From: Lentimicrobiaceae bacterium
GTDB lineage: Bacteria > Bacteroidota > Bacteroidia > Bacteroidales > UBA4417
Direction: 5' to 3'
Length of the DNA stretch: 64,000 nucleotides
Assembly: GCA_033809755.1 (NCBI GenBank)
Contig: JAPXLB010000003.1
Location: 68,961 to 132,960, forward strand
In this document: positions 9,232 through 17,851 of the stretch, piece after piece
How the letters are laid out: each line of letters opens with the position of its first letter
Numbering within the stretch: the stretch's first letter is position 1
Notes under the pieces: generated by a model
The model's database searches: none
What the model saw: only the letters and a program-made list of their open reading frames with translations
Told to the model about the DNA's origin: nothing
Position numbers and translations under genes: made by a program

Positions 9232-10274
9232 TAAACAATTTTATTGTTTTTGTGCAATTCGTCTATAAGTTCTTTTTTGCTTATAGGCACAACACCCGGT
9301 TTTTGGCACACCAAACCGCCTGCAATATTAGAAATAACTGCAATGTGCTTAAAGTCGATAGATGCAATCAGACCGAGAGTTGCAACACTTATAACGGTAT
9401 CGCCCGCTCCCGAAACATCGGAAATACTGCGTGCTATTGTCGGGTGCAGACTGCAAGTCTGTTTGTTATCGGTAAAAGTACTGACAAAAGAACCTTTTTC
9501 AGAAAGAGTAATCAAAACGTTTTTAACATATAGTTTTTCATGGATTATCATTGCGGCACTTGCCAACGAATCAATATTGTCAGGATTTACTTTTATGGAT
9601 AAACCTTCCGAAATTTCTTTCAAATTCGGCTTAAAGAGCGTTACGTTTCTAAAACTCAAAAAATTGTTTTTCTTAGGGTCAACAGCGACTGGAACATTAT
9701 ATTTTGCAGCTATTACGCCAATACTTTTAATTACATTGGCAGTCAACACGCCTTTGTTGTAATCTTGAAGTAAAATAGCCTTTGGTGAATTGTTTGCAAA
9801 ATAGTTTTGTATATTGCTGATAAGTTGGTCTTCAACCTCTTTTGGAATATCGTCTGTTTTTTCTTCATCAACTCGCAGTAGTTGTACCTTGTTGCTTACA
9901 ATACGAATTTTAGTAGTCGTTATTGAATTGCTGTTTTTTATCAAACCCTGAGTAGAAATATTATTTTCTTCAAACAGTTTAATGATAGCATCGGCGCTTT
10001 TATCTGTACCAATAACTGAAAAAACAACAGGTTCGGCTTCCAATTTTTTAATATTCAAAGCAACGTTAGCAGCACCGCCAAGCATATTTTTTCGACCCTT
10101 CAGATTAACCACCGGAACAGGTGCTTCGGGCGAAATCCTATCGACTGTTCCATTCAGATACGTGTCTAACATTACATCGCCGACAATAACAACTTTTTGG
10201 TCTTTTACTTCTTTAAAAAATGTTTCTACCTGAACGATAAGATTATCCATAATTATTTTTGTATGATGAAACAA
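9231..10274 (-). CDS. PfkB-family sugar kinase, RfaE domain-I-like (heptose-7-phosphate kinase type)
   Basis: VVIVGDVMLDTY, GGAANVA and the C-terminal DVSGAGDTVISV PfkB signature. An alternative start is M9 (10250). Confidence 0.7.
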   Translation of the reverse strand: MFHHTKIIMDNLIVQVETFFKEVKDQKVVIVGDVMLDTYLNGTVDRISPEAPVPVVNLKGRKNMLGGAANVALNIKKLEAEPVVFSVIGTDKSADAIIKLFEENNISTQGLIKNSNSITTTKIRIVSNKVQLLRVDEEKTDDIPKEVEDQLISNIQNYFANNSPKAILLQDYNKGVLTANVIKSIGVIAAKYNVPVAVDPKKNNFLSFRNVTLFKPNLKEISEGLSIKVNPDNIDSLASAAMIIHEKLYVKNVLITLSEKGSFVSTFTDNKQTCSLHPTIARSISDVSGAGDTVISVATLGLIASIDFKHIAVISNIAGGLVCQKPGVVPISKKELIDELHKNNKIV

Positions 10275-10276
10275 GT

Positions 10277-11482
10277 TTACTGAAGCATATCAAGTGCTTT
10301 TTTCAATCTATTTACAGCTTCAATAAGATTTTCTTCGGTAGTTGCATACGACATTCTGAAACAGTTTGGAGCACCAAATGCAGCTCCCGGAACACTTGCA
10401 ATATGAGCAACATCAAGTAGAAAATCGCAAAATTCGCCATCGTTGCTTATTGGTTTGCCGTTATATTTTTTGCCAAGAATACCTGAAATATCCGAAAATA
10501 CATAGAATGCTCCATCTGGCACTGGTGTTTTAATTCCTTCAATTTCGTTAAGCAGTTTAACAAACATATCACGTCTTTTTCTGAAAGCGTCTCTCATTTT
10601 TGCAACATCCGAACCAGGAGCATCGCCAATGCTAAGAGCCGATATAGCTGCTTTTTGAGATATGGAAGAAGTTCCCGAAGTAATTTGTCCTTGCAACTTG
10701 GTACAAGCAGCCGCAATTTCGTTGGTTGCAGCCATATATCCAATACGCCAACCCGTCATTGCATAACCTTTTGAGACTCCATTTATCAATATTACTCTAT
10801 CTTTTATTGTATTAAAAGATGCCAAACTTTCGTGTTTGCCAACGTAGTTGATATATTCGTAGATTTCGTCGGAAATAATAAAGATATTTTCATGCTTTTC
10901 AAAAACCTTGCAAAGTGCTTCCAATTCGGCACGTGAATATACGCTACCCGATGGATTACAAGGACTACTAAAGATAAACATTTTGGTTTTATCGGTAATG
11001 GCTGCTTCTAACTGTTGCGGTGCTATTTTGTAGTTAGAATTTATATCGGCTGAAATGTTGACAACTACACCTTCGGCTAATTTTACCAATTCTTTGTACG
11101 ACACCCAATATGGAGCAGGTATAATAACTTCGTCGCCGGGATTTATCAAACATAAAATAGCATTGGCTAACGATTGTTTTGCACCTGTTGATACAACTAT
11201 GTTAGATGCCTTATAATCTAAATTATTATCGCGTTTAAGTTTGGTAACAACCGCCTGACGCAAATCCATGTATCCCGGAACTGGAGTATAATGAGTGAAA
11301 TTATTGTCTATAGCGTCTTTGGCTGCACCTTTTATATAATCGGGAGTATCAAAATCGGGCTCGCCTATACTTAAATTAATAACATCAACGCCTTGTGCCT
11401 GTAGCTCGCGGCTACGCTGACTCATAGCTAAGGTTTCCGACTCAGCTAAGGAATTAATTCTGTTTGATAAAATATTGCTCAT
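10277..11482 (-). CDS. Class I pyridoxal-phosphate aminotransferase (aspartate aminotransferase type)
   Basis: 401 aa. LSIGEPDFDTP, SSPCNPSG and SKGYAMTGWRIGY (PLP lysine motif). Confidence 0.9.
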   Translation of the reverse strand: MSNILSNRINSLAESETLAMSQRSRELQAQGVDVINLSIGEPDFDTPDYIKGAAKDAIDNNFTHYTPVPGYMDLRQAVVTKLKRDNNLDYKASNIVVSTGAKQSLANAILCLINPGDEVIIPAPYWVSYKELVKLAEGVVVNISADINSNYKIAPQQLEAAITDKTKMFIFSSPCNPSGSVYSRAELEALCKVFEKHENIFIISDEIYEYINYVGKHESLASFNTIKDRVILINGVSKGYAMTGWRIGYMAATNEIAAACTKLQGQITSGTSSISQKAAISALSIGDAPGSDVAKMRDAFRKRRDMFVKLLNEIEGIKTPVPDGAFYVFSDISGILGKKYNGKPISNDGEFCDFLLDVAHIASVPGAAFGAPNCFRMSYATTEENLIEAVNRLKKALDMLQ

Positions 11483-11797
11483 CTTTTTAATATTTAATTT
11501 ATTGATTCGACAAAATAAAAAATCCTAACAAAATTAGGAGTTTGCAAAAGGCAAAATTAACTATTTTATTGATAAAGTCTATCTTTTTGCAATAAAATTG
11601 TTGTCCTTGTAGTTTAATTTCAAATATTTACAATATTTTTCAGCCAGGTCGATTAAAACTAATCACAAGCAAAGCCGTTGTACTTGCTCATGTGTAAGGT
11701 CTTTTGCTAAGCTTTGATGTATTTTAACAAATTTAATAAACTGCAATTATTATTAAAACATTACATTTGCAAAACTTAAACAAACAAATTTATATTC

Positions 11798-12529
11798 ATG
11801 CTTTCACTTTTAATTAAGGAAGTTAAAGGCTTTTTAAGTTCGGTTACCGGTTATTTGGTTATAATTGTTTACCTAATACTTAACGGCTTGTTGTTATGGG
11901 TCTTGCCATCGGCGTTTAACCTACTCAACTACGGATACGCCAGCTTAGACAACTATTTTATGTTGGCACCATGGCTGTTTCTGTTTTTAGTACCAGCCAT
12001 TACCATGCGTACCTTTTCCGAAGAAAACAAAAGCGGCACAATTGAATTGTTGCTTACCAAACCAATTTCGGAAATGGGTATAATTATGGCTAAGTATTTG
12101 GCTTCGGTACTGCTTATATTACTCTCAATAGCGCCAACACTCATATATTATATTTCCATTTATATGCTCGGAAATCCTGTTGGAAACATCGATACAGGCG
12201 GAACTTGGGGTGCTTTTATAGGTTTGTTTTTTCTTGCCAGTTCTTTTGCAGCAATAGGTGTTTTTTCTTCCGGAATATCGTCCAATCAGGTGGTTGCTTT
12301 TATTATTGCCTTCCTTCTTTCTATAGTAATGTACATTGGTTCCGACTTTGTTGCCGGTATTAATATTTTCAATAAAGTGGCTTACTTCATCGAACAATTA
12401 GGCATAAACACGCACTATATCAATATGAGCAAAGGCGTTATCGACACGAGAGATGTAATTTACTTCCTGTCGTTAATTGCATTTTTCTTACTAATTACGC
12501 GTTTTAACATTGAAAAACGCAAGTGGTAA
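11798..12529 (+). CDS. gldF: Gliding-associated ABC transporter permease GldF
   Basis: 243-aa polytopic protein. TMRTFSEENKSGTIELLLTKPIS and GVIDTRDVIYFLS match GldF as I remember it. gldG follows directly. Confidence 0.8.
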   Translation: MLSLLIKEVKGFLSSVTGYLVIIVYLILNGLLLWVLPSAFNLLNYGYASLDNYFMLAPWLFLFLVPAITMRTFSEENKSGTIELLLTKPISEMGIIMAKYLASVLLILLSIAPTLIYYISIYMLGNPVGNIDTGGTWGAFIGLFFLASSFAAIGVFSSGISSNQVVAFIIAFLLSIVMYIGSDFVAGINIFNKVAYFIEQLGINTHYINMSKGVIDTRDVIYFLSLIAFFLLITRFNIEKRKW

Positions 12530-12547
12530 CCTTAATAATTTATTGGA

Positions 12548-14287
12548 ATGAAAGATAAAAAAAATATAAAGAAAAATGTAATTACTAAGCTACTGATTGG
12601 TATTCTGTTTATTATTGTAATAAATATTCTGTCGAGTTTTATTCATTTCAGAATAGATATAACTTCAGAAAAGAGATACACCTTAGCTCCTGCTACAAAA
12701 AAAATCCTTAAGGATTTAGACGACATTGTATATTTTAAAATTTACTTAGATGGCGATTTTCCCCCAGGGTTTATCAGATTGCAAAAAGAAACAAGAGAAA
12801 TGCTAAATCAGTTTAGAGCATACTCTAATAAAATACAATTTGAGTTTACCGATCCGTCCAAAATAAGTAATCAAAAACAGCGAGAAGATTTTTTTAAGCA
12901 GATTATCAGCGAAGGAGTTAATCCTACAGAATTGCAGGTAAAAGACAAAGACGGATATTCCAGAAAATTGATTTTCCCGGGTGGAGTGGCAAATTATAAA
13001 GATAAAAAAGTCGCAATTCAACTTGTTGAAAATCAGAGTGGTAAAAACCCAGAACTAGCTTTAAACAGTGCTGTTGAAGCTCTTGAATATAATCTTGCTA
13101 ACAGTTTGCGTAAACTCATTGGTAAATCTAAGAAAAAAATAGCTTTTGTTGAAGGACATGGCGAACTTCCACTGCTATACAGACAAGGTGCAATTGCCGA
13201 TTTGTCGGAGTTTTACGTTGTTGAAAAAGTAGAAATTGATGGCAAGTTTTCATCTCTGACAAAAAGGCATCCCGTTGATGAAGACTCGACTAATTATTTT
13301 GTAAAAAACAACTACGATGCTATTATCATTGCCAAGCCTACCGAAATGTTCAGTCGTGATGAAAAAGACAAGTTTATAATAGACCAATACGTTATGAACG
13401 GCGGAAAAGTGTTGTGGCTTATTGATGGCGTAAGAGCAAGCATGGACAGCCTGCAAAGCAAAAGTCAGACCGTTGGTATGAGCAACGACCTTAATATCGA
13501 CGATATGCTTTTTAACTACGGCGTCAGAATAAATCATAACTTAGTTACCGACCTAAATGCACTTCCAATTCCTGTAGTAGTCGACAATAGCGGAACACAA
13601 AGAATGATACCATGGGTGTTTATGCCTGTTTTGGTTCCAACCGCCGAACATCCAATTGTTAGAAATGTAAATTTAATCAGAACCGAATTTATAAGCAGTA
13701 TTGATACTATTGAAGTTCCCGATTTGAAGAAAACCATACTGCTAAGCACTTCGCAATATAGCAAAGCATACAATGCTCCTGTTATGGTTAAGCTCAGCTA
13801 TCTGTACGAGCAACCCGACGTAAAACAATATAATCAGAGCAATTTGCCGGTTTCGGTGTTGGTTGAAGGAAAATTCACATCACTGTTCAGGAACAGAATA
13901 CCGCAGGAAATAGCAACGGCTCCTTCTATTAAGTTTTTACCTGAAAGTGAAAATACAGCCATGATTTTTGTTGCCGACGGCGATATTATTAAAAATCAGG
14001 TTCAATTCACATCCGGAAGTCCTGTTGCTCTGCCATTAGGTTACGATAAGTACACTCAAACCAAATTCGGAAACAGTGACTTTATCCTAAACTGCATTGA
14101 CTACCTATGCGACGATAGTCGTTTGTTCGAGCTTCGCTCGCGCAAAATTGAACTACGACTTTTAGATACACAAAAAACTGAAAATAGATTAAAATGGCAA
14201 GTTATTAATTTGGCTTTACCTGTTGCTATTGTGATATTAGCTGCTATTGTTCAGTATTTTGCAAGAAAGAAAAAATATTCTTATTAA
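12548..14287 (+). CDS. gldG: Gliding-associated ABC transporter auxiliary protein GldG
   Basis: 579 aa with N- and C-terminal TM anchors. ITSEKRYTLAPATKKIL motif and the gldF-gldG-DUF4340 gene order. Confidence 0.8.
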   Translation: MKDKKNIKKNVITKLLIGILFIIVINILSSFIHFRIDITSEKRYTLAPATKKILKDLDDIVYFKIYLDGDFPPGFIRLQKETREMLNQFRAYSNKIQFEFTDPSKISNQKQREDFFKQIISEGVNPTELQVKDKDGYSRKLIFPGGVANYKDKKVAIQLVENQSGKNPELALNSAVEALEYNLANSLRKLIGKSKKKIAFVEGHGELPLLYRQGAIADLSEFYVVEKVEIDGKFSSLTKRHPVDEDSTNYFVKNNYDAIIIAKPTEMFSRDEKDKFIIDQYVMNGGKVLWLIDGVRASMDSLQSKSQTVGMSNDLNIDDMLFNYGVRINHNLVTDLNALPIPVVVDNSGTQRMIPWVFMPVLVPTAEHPIVRNVNLIRTEFISSIDTIEVPDLKKTILLSTSQYSKAYNAPVMVKLSYLYEQPDVKQYNQSNLPVSVLVEGKFTSLFRNRIPQEIATAPSIKFLPESENTAMIFVADGDIIKNQVQFTSGSPVALPLGYDKYTQTKFGNSDFILNCIDYLCDDSRLFELRSRKIELRLLDTQKTENRLKWQVINLALPVAIVILAAIVQYFARKKKYSY

Positions 14288-14324
14288 TAGATATTAGACT
14301 AATATGTTAAATTATGTAATAAAT

Positions 14325-14405
14325 GGTGATGAGTGATGAGTGATGAGTGATGAGTGAGAGGCAAAACTCTAATCACCCACCACCCACCACCCACCACCCA
14401 CCACC
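14325..14405. repeat. Heptamer-arm hairpin: (GGTGATGA-type)n / loop / (CACCCAC-type)n
   Basis: ggtgatgagtgatgagtgatgagtgatgagtgagag-gcaaaa-ctctaatcacccaccacccaccacccaccacccaccacc. The arms pair with A.C mismatches on the + strand, which become U.G wobbles on the - strand. Confidence 0.85.
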
Positions 14406-14435
14406 GAACACCATTAAACAAAAACACACAATCAT

Positions 14436-15524
14436 ATGAAGAAATTTAGAATACCACTTTTGATATTAGCAATACTAGCGATAATCATTTTAATTGTCGC
14501 CAATTATCAAAGCAATAAGGAATTTAGGAGCAAAGAGAACAACTTCGCGGTAGAAGATACTGCTTCTATCACAAAATTCTTTCTTGCCGATAGAATCGAT
14601 CGATATATTAAGTGTACACGACAAGATGATGGCAAGTGGATTATAAACGATACTTTTCCGGCAAACAAAGAAGTTGTCGATATGCTTTTGTCGACATTTG
14701 CAACTTTAGATGTTAAATATCCGGTTTCTTATGCTGCTACCGAAAATATCATTAAGAGCCTGTCTGTCAATTCGGTAAAAACTGAAATATATCAGAAAGT
14801 ATATCGTATAAATTTATTTAATCGCATAAAACTGTTTCCACGCGAAAAATTAACCCGAACATATTATGTTGGTAGCGAAACTATGGACAAACTGGGTTCG
14901 TTTTTAATTATGGAAGGCAGCAAACAACCGTATGTGGTTAGCATTCCTGGTTTAAGGGGATTTATTAGCACCCGTTACACGACCAATATTTTGAACTGGC
15001 GTAATCGTAATTTGATAAATATGAGACTGAACGAAATCAAACAAATATCTCTTGTTTACCCCGACGAACCTACCGAATCGTTTACGCTTGTGAATAATAA
15101 CAATAAATCCATATCATTGTTTACATATCCTCACAAAAAGCAAATACACGATTTTGATACACTCAAGGCAATTCAGTATTTCAACAATTTTAAAGACCTT
15201 AATTGCGAAGCCGTAAGAGACGATTTTTCGCAAGCAAAAATGGATTCTTTAAATAATCAAACACCTTACTTCAGCTTAGAAATAACCGATTTTAATAATA
15301 AAACTCTTGAATTAAAAGCGTGGAAAAGAAAAGCAGCCCCTGGTGCAATAAATATCGACGATGGTAGCGACCTAGAGTACGACCCCGACAGGATGTTTGC
15401 AACACTTAGCACAACTAGAGACGTTTACGTAATTCAGTATTACGCTTTCGGAAATATTATTCTTCCTATAGATTGGTTTGATAAAAATTGGAAAGAAAAA
15501 CTTGATATTGTTGACATTTTTTAA
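14436..15524 (+). CDS. DUF4340-like protein that usually follows gldG
   Basis: 362 aa with an N-terminal anchor (IPLLILAILAIIILIV). Call rests on its position after gldG; I recognised no catalytic motif. Confidence 0.55.
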   Translation: MKKFRIPLLILAILAIIILIVANYQSNKEFRSKENNFAVEDTASITKFFLADRIDRYIKCTRQDDGKWIINDTFPANKEVVDMLLSTFATLDVKYPVSYAATENIIKSLSVNSVKTEIYQKVYRINLFNRIKLFPREKLTRTYYVGSETMDKLGSFLIMEGSKQPYVVSIPGLRGFISTRYTTNILNWRNRNLINMRLNEIKQISLVYPDEPTESFTLVNNNNKSISLFTYPHKKQIHDFDTLKAIQYFNNFKDLNCEAVRDDFSQAKMDSLNNQTPYFSLEITDFNNKTLELKAWKRKAAPGAINIDDGSDLEYDPDRMFATLSTTRDVYVIQYYAFGNIILPIDWFDKNWKEKLDIVDIF

Positions 15525-15553
15525 AATAATAGTATATTTGCAAAAATTTTCAA

Positions 15554-15627
15554 GGTCCCGTAGCTCAGCTGGATAGAGCAACAGCCTTCTAAGCTGTGGG
15601 TCATAGGTTCGAATCCTATCGGGATCG
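15554..15627 (+). tRNA. tRNA-Arg (anticodon TCT)
   Basis: Cloverleaf read by hand: acceptor GGTCCCG/CGGGATC, D arm GCTC..GAGC, anticodon stem ACAGC/GCTGT with loop CTTCTAA, T arm ATAGG-TTCGAAT-CCTAT. CCA is not encoded. Confidence 0.9.
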
Positions 15628-15654
15628 CAACTTTTTCATAACTTTAATGTTTTA

Positions 15655-15687
15655 AACAAAAAAACTGCTGAAATGGCAGTTTTTTTG
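15655..15687. terminator. Bidirectional intrinsic terminator between the tRNA and the paralogue array
   Basis: A-tract, stem AACTGC/GCAGTT with a 7-nt loop, then a T-tract (aaaaaaactgctgaaatggcagttttttt). Confidence 0.7.
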
Positions 15688-15708
15688 TTGTATAATGGCT
15701 TTTTAATT

Positions 15709-16116
15709 TCACTTAGTTTTATAACCTGTGTTCATAAACTTACCAATTAACGTGGTTTCCTTTATCTCGCCATTCGGCATTATTTTAACTTTTATGCCAT
15801 TGCGTATTATAAATACTTCTTGCCTATAAGGTGTTATAACTCCAACTATACCCTTGCGAGTTTCGTGCGGGTTTAATATCTCGGGTTCATCGCTACTTTT
15901 CGTTTTTTTAGTATATGCTATTCCACAATAATTGTTTTCCACTATTTCACCGGATTTAACCTTAAGTGTAAAAACAGCTGACAAAAGTAAAAATAAAGCT
16001 ATTAATATTGTCAAGTTATCAAAATGTACGCTTATTTTACCTAACCATAAACTTATTACAAATAGTACTAAAAAAAATACAGAATACGCATAATTGTCTA
16101 TGTGTTTAAAATTCAT
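15709..16116 (-). CDS. Two-TM protein of unknown family, paralogue 4 of 4
   Basis: MNFKHIDNY start, two hydrophobic helices, conserved C-terminal domain SGEIVENNY..PEILNPHETRKGI.GV.TPY. Its start overlaps the upstream stop (ATGA). Confidence 0.75.
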   Translation of the reverse strand: MNFKHIDNYAYSVFFLVLFVISLWLGKISVHFDNLTILIALFLLLSAVFTLKVKSGEIVENNYCGIAYTKKTKSSDEPEILNPHETRKGIVGVITPYRQEVFIIRNGIKVKIMPNGEIKETTLIGKFMNTGYKTK

Positions 16117-16541
16117 ATCTTAATTTTTTTAGTGTAACCTATATTTGCTATTTTACCAATAAATGTAGTTTCTTTCACTTTACCCTCTGGCGTTATTATA
16201 GCCTTTATTCCATTGCGAATTTTAAAAACATCAGGACTATACGGAGTTTTTACTCCATCTATACCTTTGCGAGTTTCATGCGGATTTAATATTTCAGGCT
16301 GACAGCTTCCGTCTTCTTTTTTCGTATGTCCTACACCTGAATAATTGTTTTCTACTATTTCGCCGGATTGAGTTTCAGCAGTGTATATAAGTAACAACAT
16401 AGCTATAAATCCTAAGATTGCACTTACATATAAGGTTGTTTTACTGTCAGAAGGAACGAGAAAATATTTCAGTATTAAAATTCCTGAAATAGCCAATAAT
16501 GGCGCTGCTTTTGCATAATTATCAATGTGTTTAAACTTCAT
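16113..16541 (-). CDS. Two-TM protein of unknown family, paralogue 3 of 4
   Basis: Same architecture as its neighbours. 4-nt ATGA overlaps at both ends. Confidence 0.8.
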   Translation of the reverse strand: MKFKHIDNYAKAAPLLAISGILILKYFLVPSDSKTTLYVSAILGFIAMLLLIYTAETQSGEIVENNYSGVGHTKKEDGSCQPEILNPHETRKGIDGVKTPYSPDVFKIRNGIKAIITPEGKVKETTFIGKIANIGYTKKIKI

Positions 16542-16963
16542 ATTTTAAATTTGTTAGTGTAACCTACATTTGCTATTTTACCTAACAAAGTCGTTTCTTC
16601 TACTTTGCCGGTTGGTGTTATTCTCGCTTTTATACCATTACAGATTTTAAATACCTTCTCTGTATTATATGGTGTTTTTACTCCGTCTATACCTTTGCGG
16701 GTTTCGTGTGGCTTCAATATTTCAGGCTGGCAGCTTCCGTCTTCTTTTTTTGTGTAGCCTGTACCCAAGTAATTATTTTCCACGATTTCGCCTGATTTAA
16801 ACCAGTAAGTATATCCCATCAATATTAAAGCAGTTACACATAAAGCCATCCCCACAGAGAAGTACGGCTTAACTCCTAATAGACCAGGAGCAAACATTAT
16901 AATTACTCCTAAAGCTCCTATTATTAGACCTTTTGTATAATTATCAATATGTTTAAACTTCAT
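16538..16963 (-). CDS. Two-TM protein of unknown family, paralogue 2 of 4
   Basis: Same architecture. The last 64 residues are identical to paralogue 1, but the N-terminal TM region is unrelated in sequence. Confidence 0.8.
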   Translation of the reverse strand: MKFKHIDNYTKGLIIGALGVIIMFAPGLLGVKPYFSVGMALCVTALILMGYTYWFKSGEIVENNYLGTGYTKKEDGSCQPEILKPHETRKGIDGVKTPYNTEKVFKICNGIKARITPTGKVEETTLLGKIANVGYTNKFKI

Positions 16964-17379
16964 ATTTTAAATTTGTTAGTGTAACCTACGTTTGCTATTT
17001 TACCTAACAAAGTCGTTTCTTCTACTTTGCCGGTTGGTGTTATTCTCGCTTTTATACCATTACAGATTTTAAATACTTTCTCTGTATTATATGGTGTTTT
17101 TACTCCGTCTATACCTTTACGGGTTTCGTGTGGTTTTAATATTTCGGGTTGGCAGTTTCCGTCTTCTTTTTTCGTATATCCTATACCGGAATAATTATTT
17201 TCTACAATTTCACCGGATTGAAAAAGATAAGCGTATAAAGCAATGATTATAATCAATACAGGTATAATCATAAACGAATACATAAAAACCTTACTTCTAT
17301 TTAGAACTACTATATTACAAAGCCATAATAGACCTAAAATAAATGCTATTGAGTAATTATCAATGTGTTTTAATTTCAT
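16960..17379 (-). CDS. Two-TM protein of unknown family, paralogue 1 of 4
   Basis: MKLKHIDNY start, two TM helices and the conserved C-terminal domain. Confidence 0.8.
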   Translation of the reverse strand: MKLKHIDNYSIAFILGLLWLCNIVVLNRSKVFMYSFMIIPVLIIIIALYAYLFQSGEIVENNYSGIGYTKKEDGNCQPEILKPHETRKGIDGVKTPYNTEKVFKICNGIKARITPTGKVEETTLLGKIANVGYTNKFKI

Positions 17380-17385
17380 GTCTTT

Positions 17386-17469
17386 TTATTTTAACAATCT
17401 GATTATTATAATTGTACCTGCTATTATTAGTACTATTAACGTTAAATTTTTGGTTTTATTATTTTTCAT
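17386..17469 (-). CDS. Candidate 27-codon hydrophobic mini-ORF (MKNNKTKNLTLIVLIIAGTIIIIRLLK)
   Basis: Translated by hand; it is below the ORF-track cutoff. It has one TM-like core flanked by basic residues and ends 6 nt before the first paralogue's ATG. The region is AT-rich, so it could be a chance ORF. Confidence 0.3.
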   Translation of the reverse strand: MKNNKTKNLTLIVLIIAGTIIIIRLLK

Positions 17470-17507
17470 TTTATTTGCTTGTTTATAAATATTTATTTTT
17501 TTTGCAT

Positions 17508-17578
17508 AAACTCTTGTAAGGTTTATGGCGTGTTAAGGCGCCGCTTGAAACAAAGCTATACCTTACAGGGGTTTTTTT
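17508..17578 (+). ncRNA. Candidate structured small RNA, copy 1 (three-stem fold plus U-tract)
   Basis: Outer stem 17511-17522/17560-17571. Inner hairpins GGCG..CGCC and GCTT-gaaaca-AAGC. A run of 7 T at 17572-17578. Promoter-like TTTG (17474-17477) lies 19 nt before TTTTTTTG (17497-17504). Confidence 0.5.
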
Positions 17579-17693
17579 ATTTCATTATGGATAAACAGTA
17601 CTGTATCTTTTGTCCGCTTTTTCTACTCCCTATTGTTAATTTTACGTTTCCTAAATATATTTGGTTATTTATAAAAAATTATTAATTTTGCAT

Positions 17694-17764
17694 AAACTCT
17701 TATGTGGGTTATGGAGTGTTATGGCTCTGCTTGAAACAAAGCTACCCCACATAAGAGTTTTTTT
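17694..17764 (+). ncRNA. Candidate structured small RNA, copy 2
   Basis: Outer stem 17697-17708/17746-17757 has a different sequence from copy 1 but keeps the pairing. The inner hairpin is GGAG..CTCT in place of GGCG..CGCC. A run of 7 T at 17758-17764. TTTG (17660-17663) lies 19 nt before TAATTTTG (17683-17690). Confidence 0.55.
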
Positions 17765-17851
17765 ATTTCAGAAAATTACTCTAAATAAAAAACCCAACTC
17801 TTCTCAGTGTCGGGCTTGTTTTTAATGTTGTTGTCAGATAAATATAAATTC

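Noticed and set aside
11521-11545. Hairpin plus T-tract in the aminotransferase leader as an attenuator
   Set aside because: The stem is only 6 A/T-rich base pairs (TCCTAA/TTAGGA), too weak to call.
17479-17685. 68-aa ORF on the + strand
   Set aside because: It spans small-RNA candidate 1 and its terminator plus the spacer to copy 2. No frame conservation is possible between the two repeat units.
17508-17764. Direct base-pairing between the small-RNA candidates and the paralogue start regions
   Set aside because: Only a weak resemblance (ATGG.GTGTTAA versus ATGTGTTTAAAC) is visible, which is not convincing without an energy calculation. Cis-antisense overlap with the operon leader remains the only positional argument.
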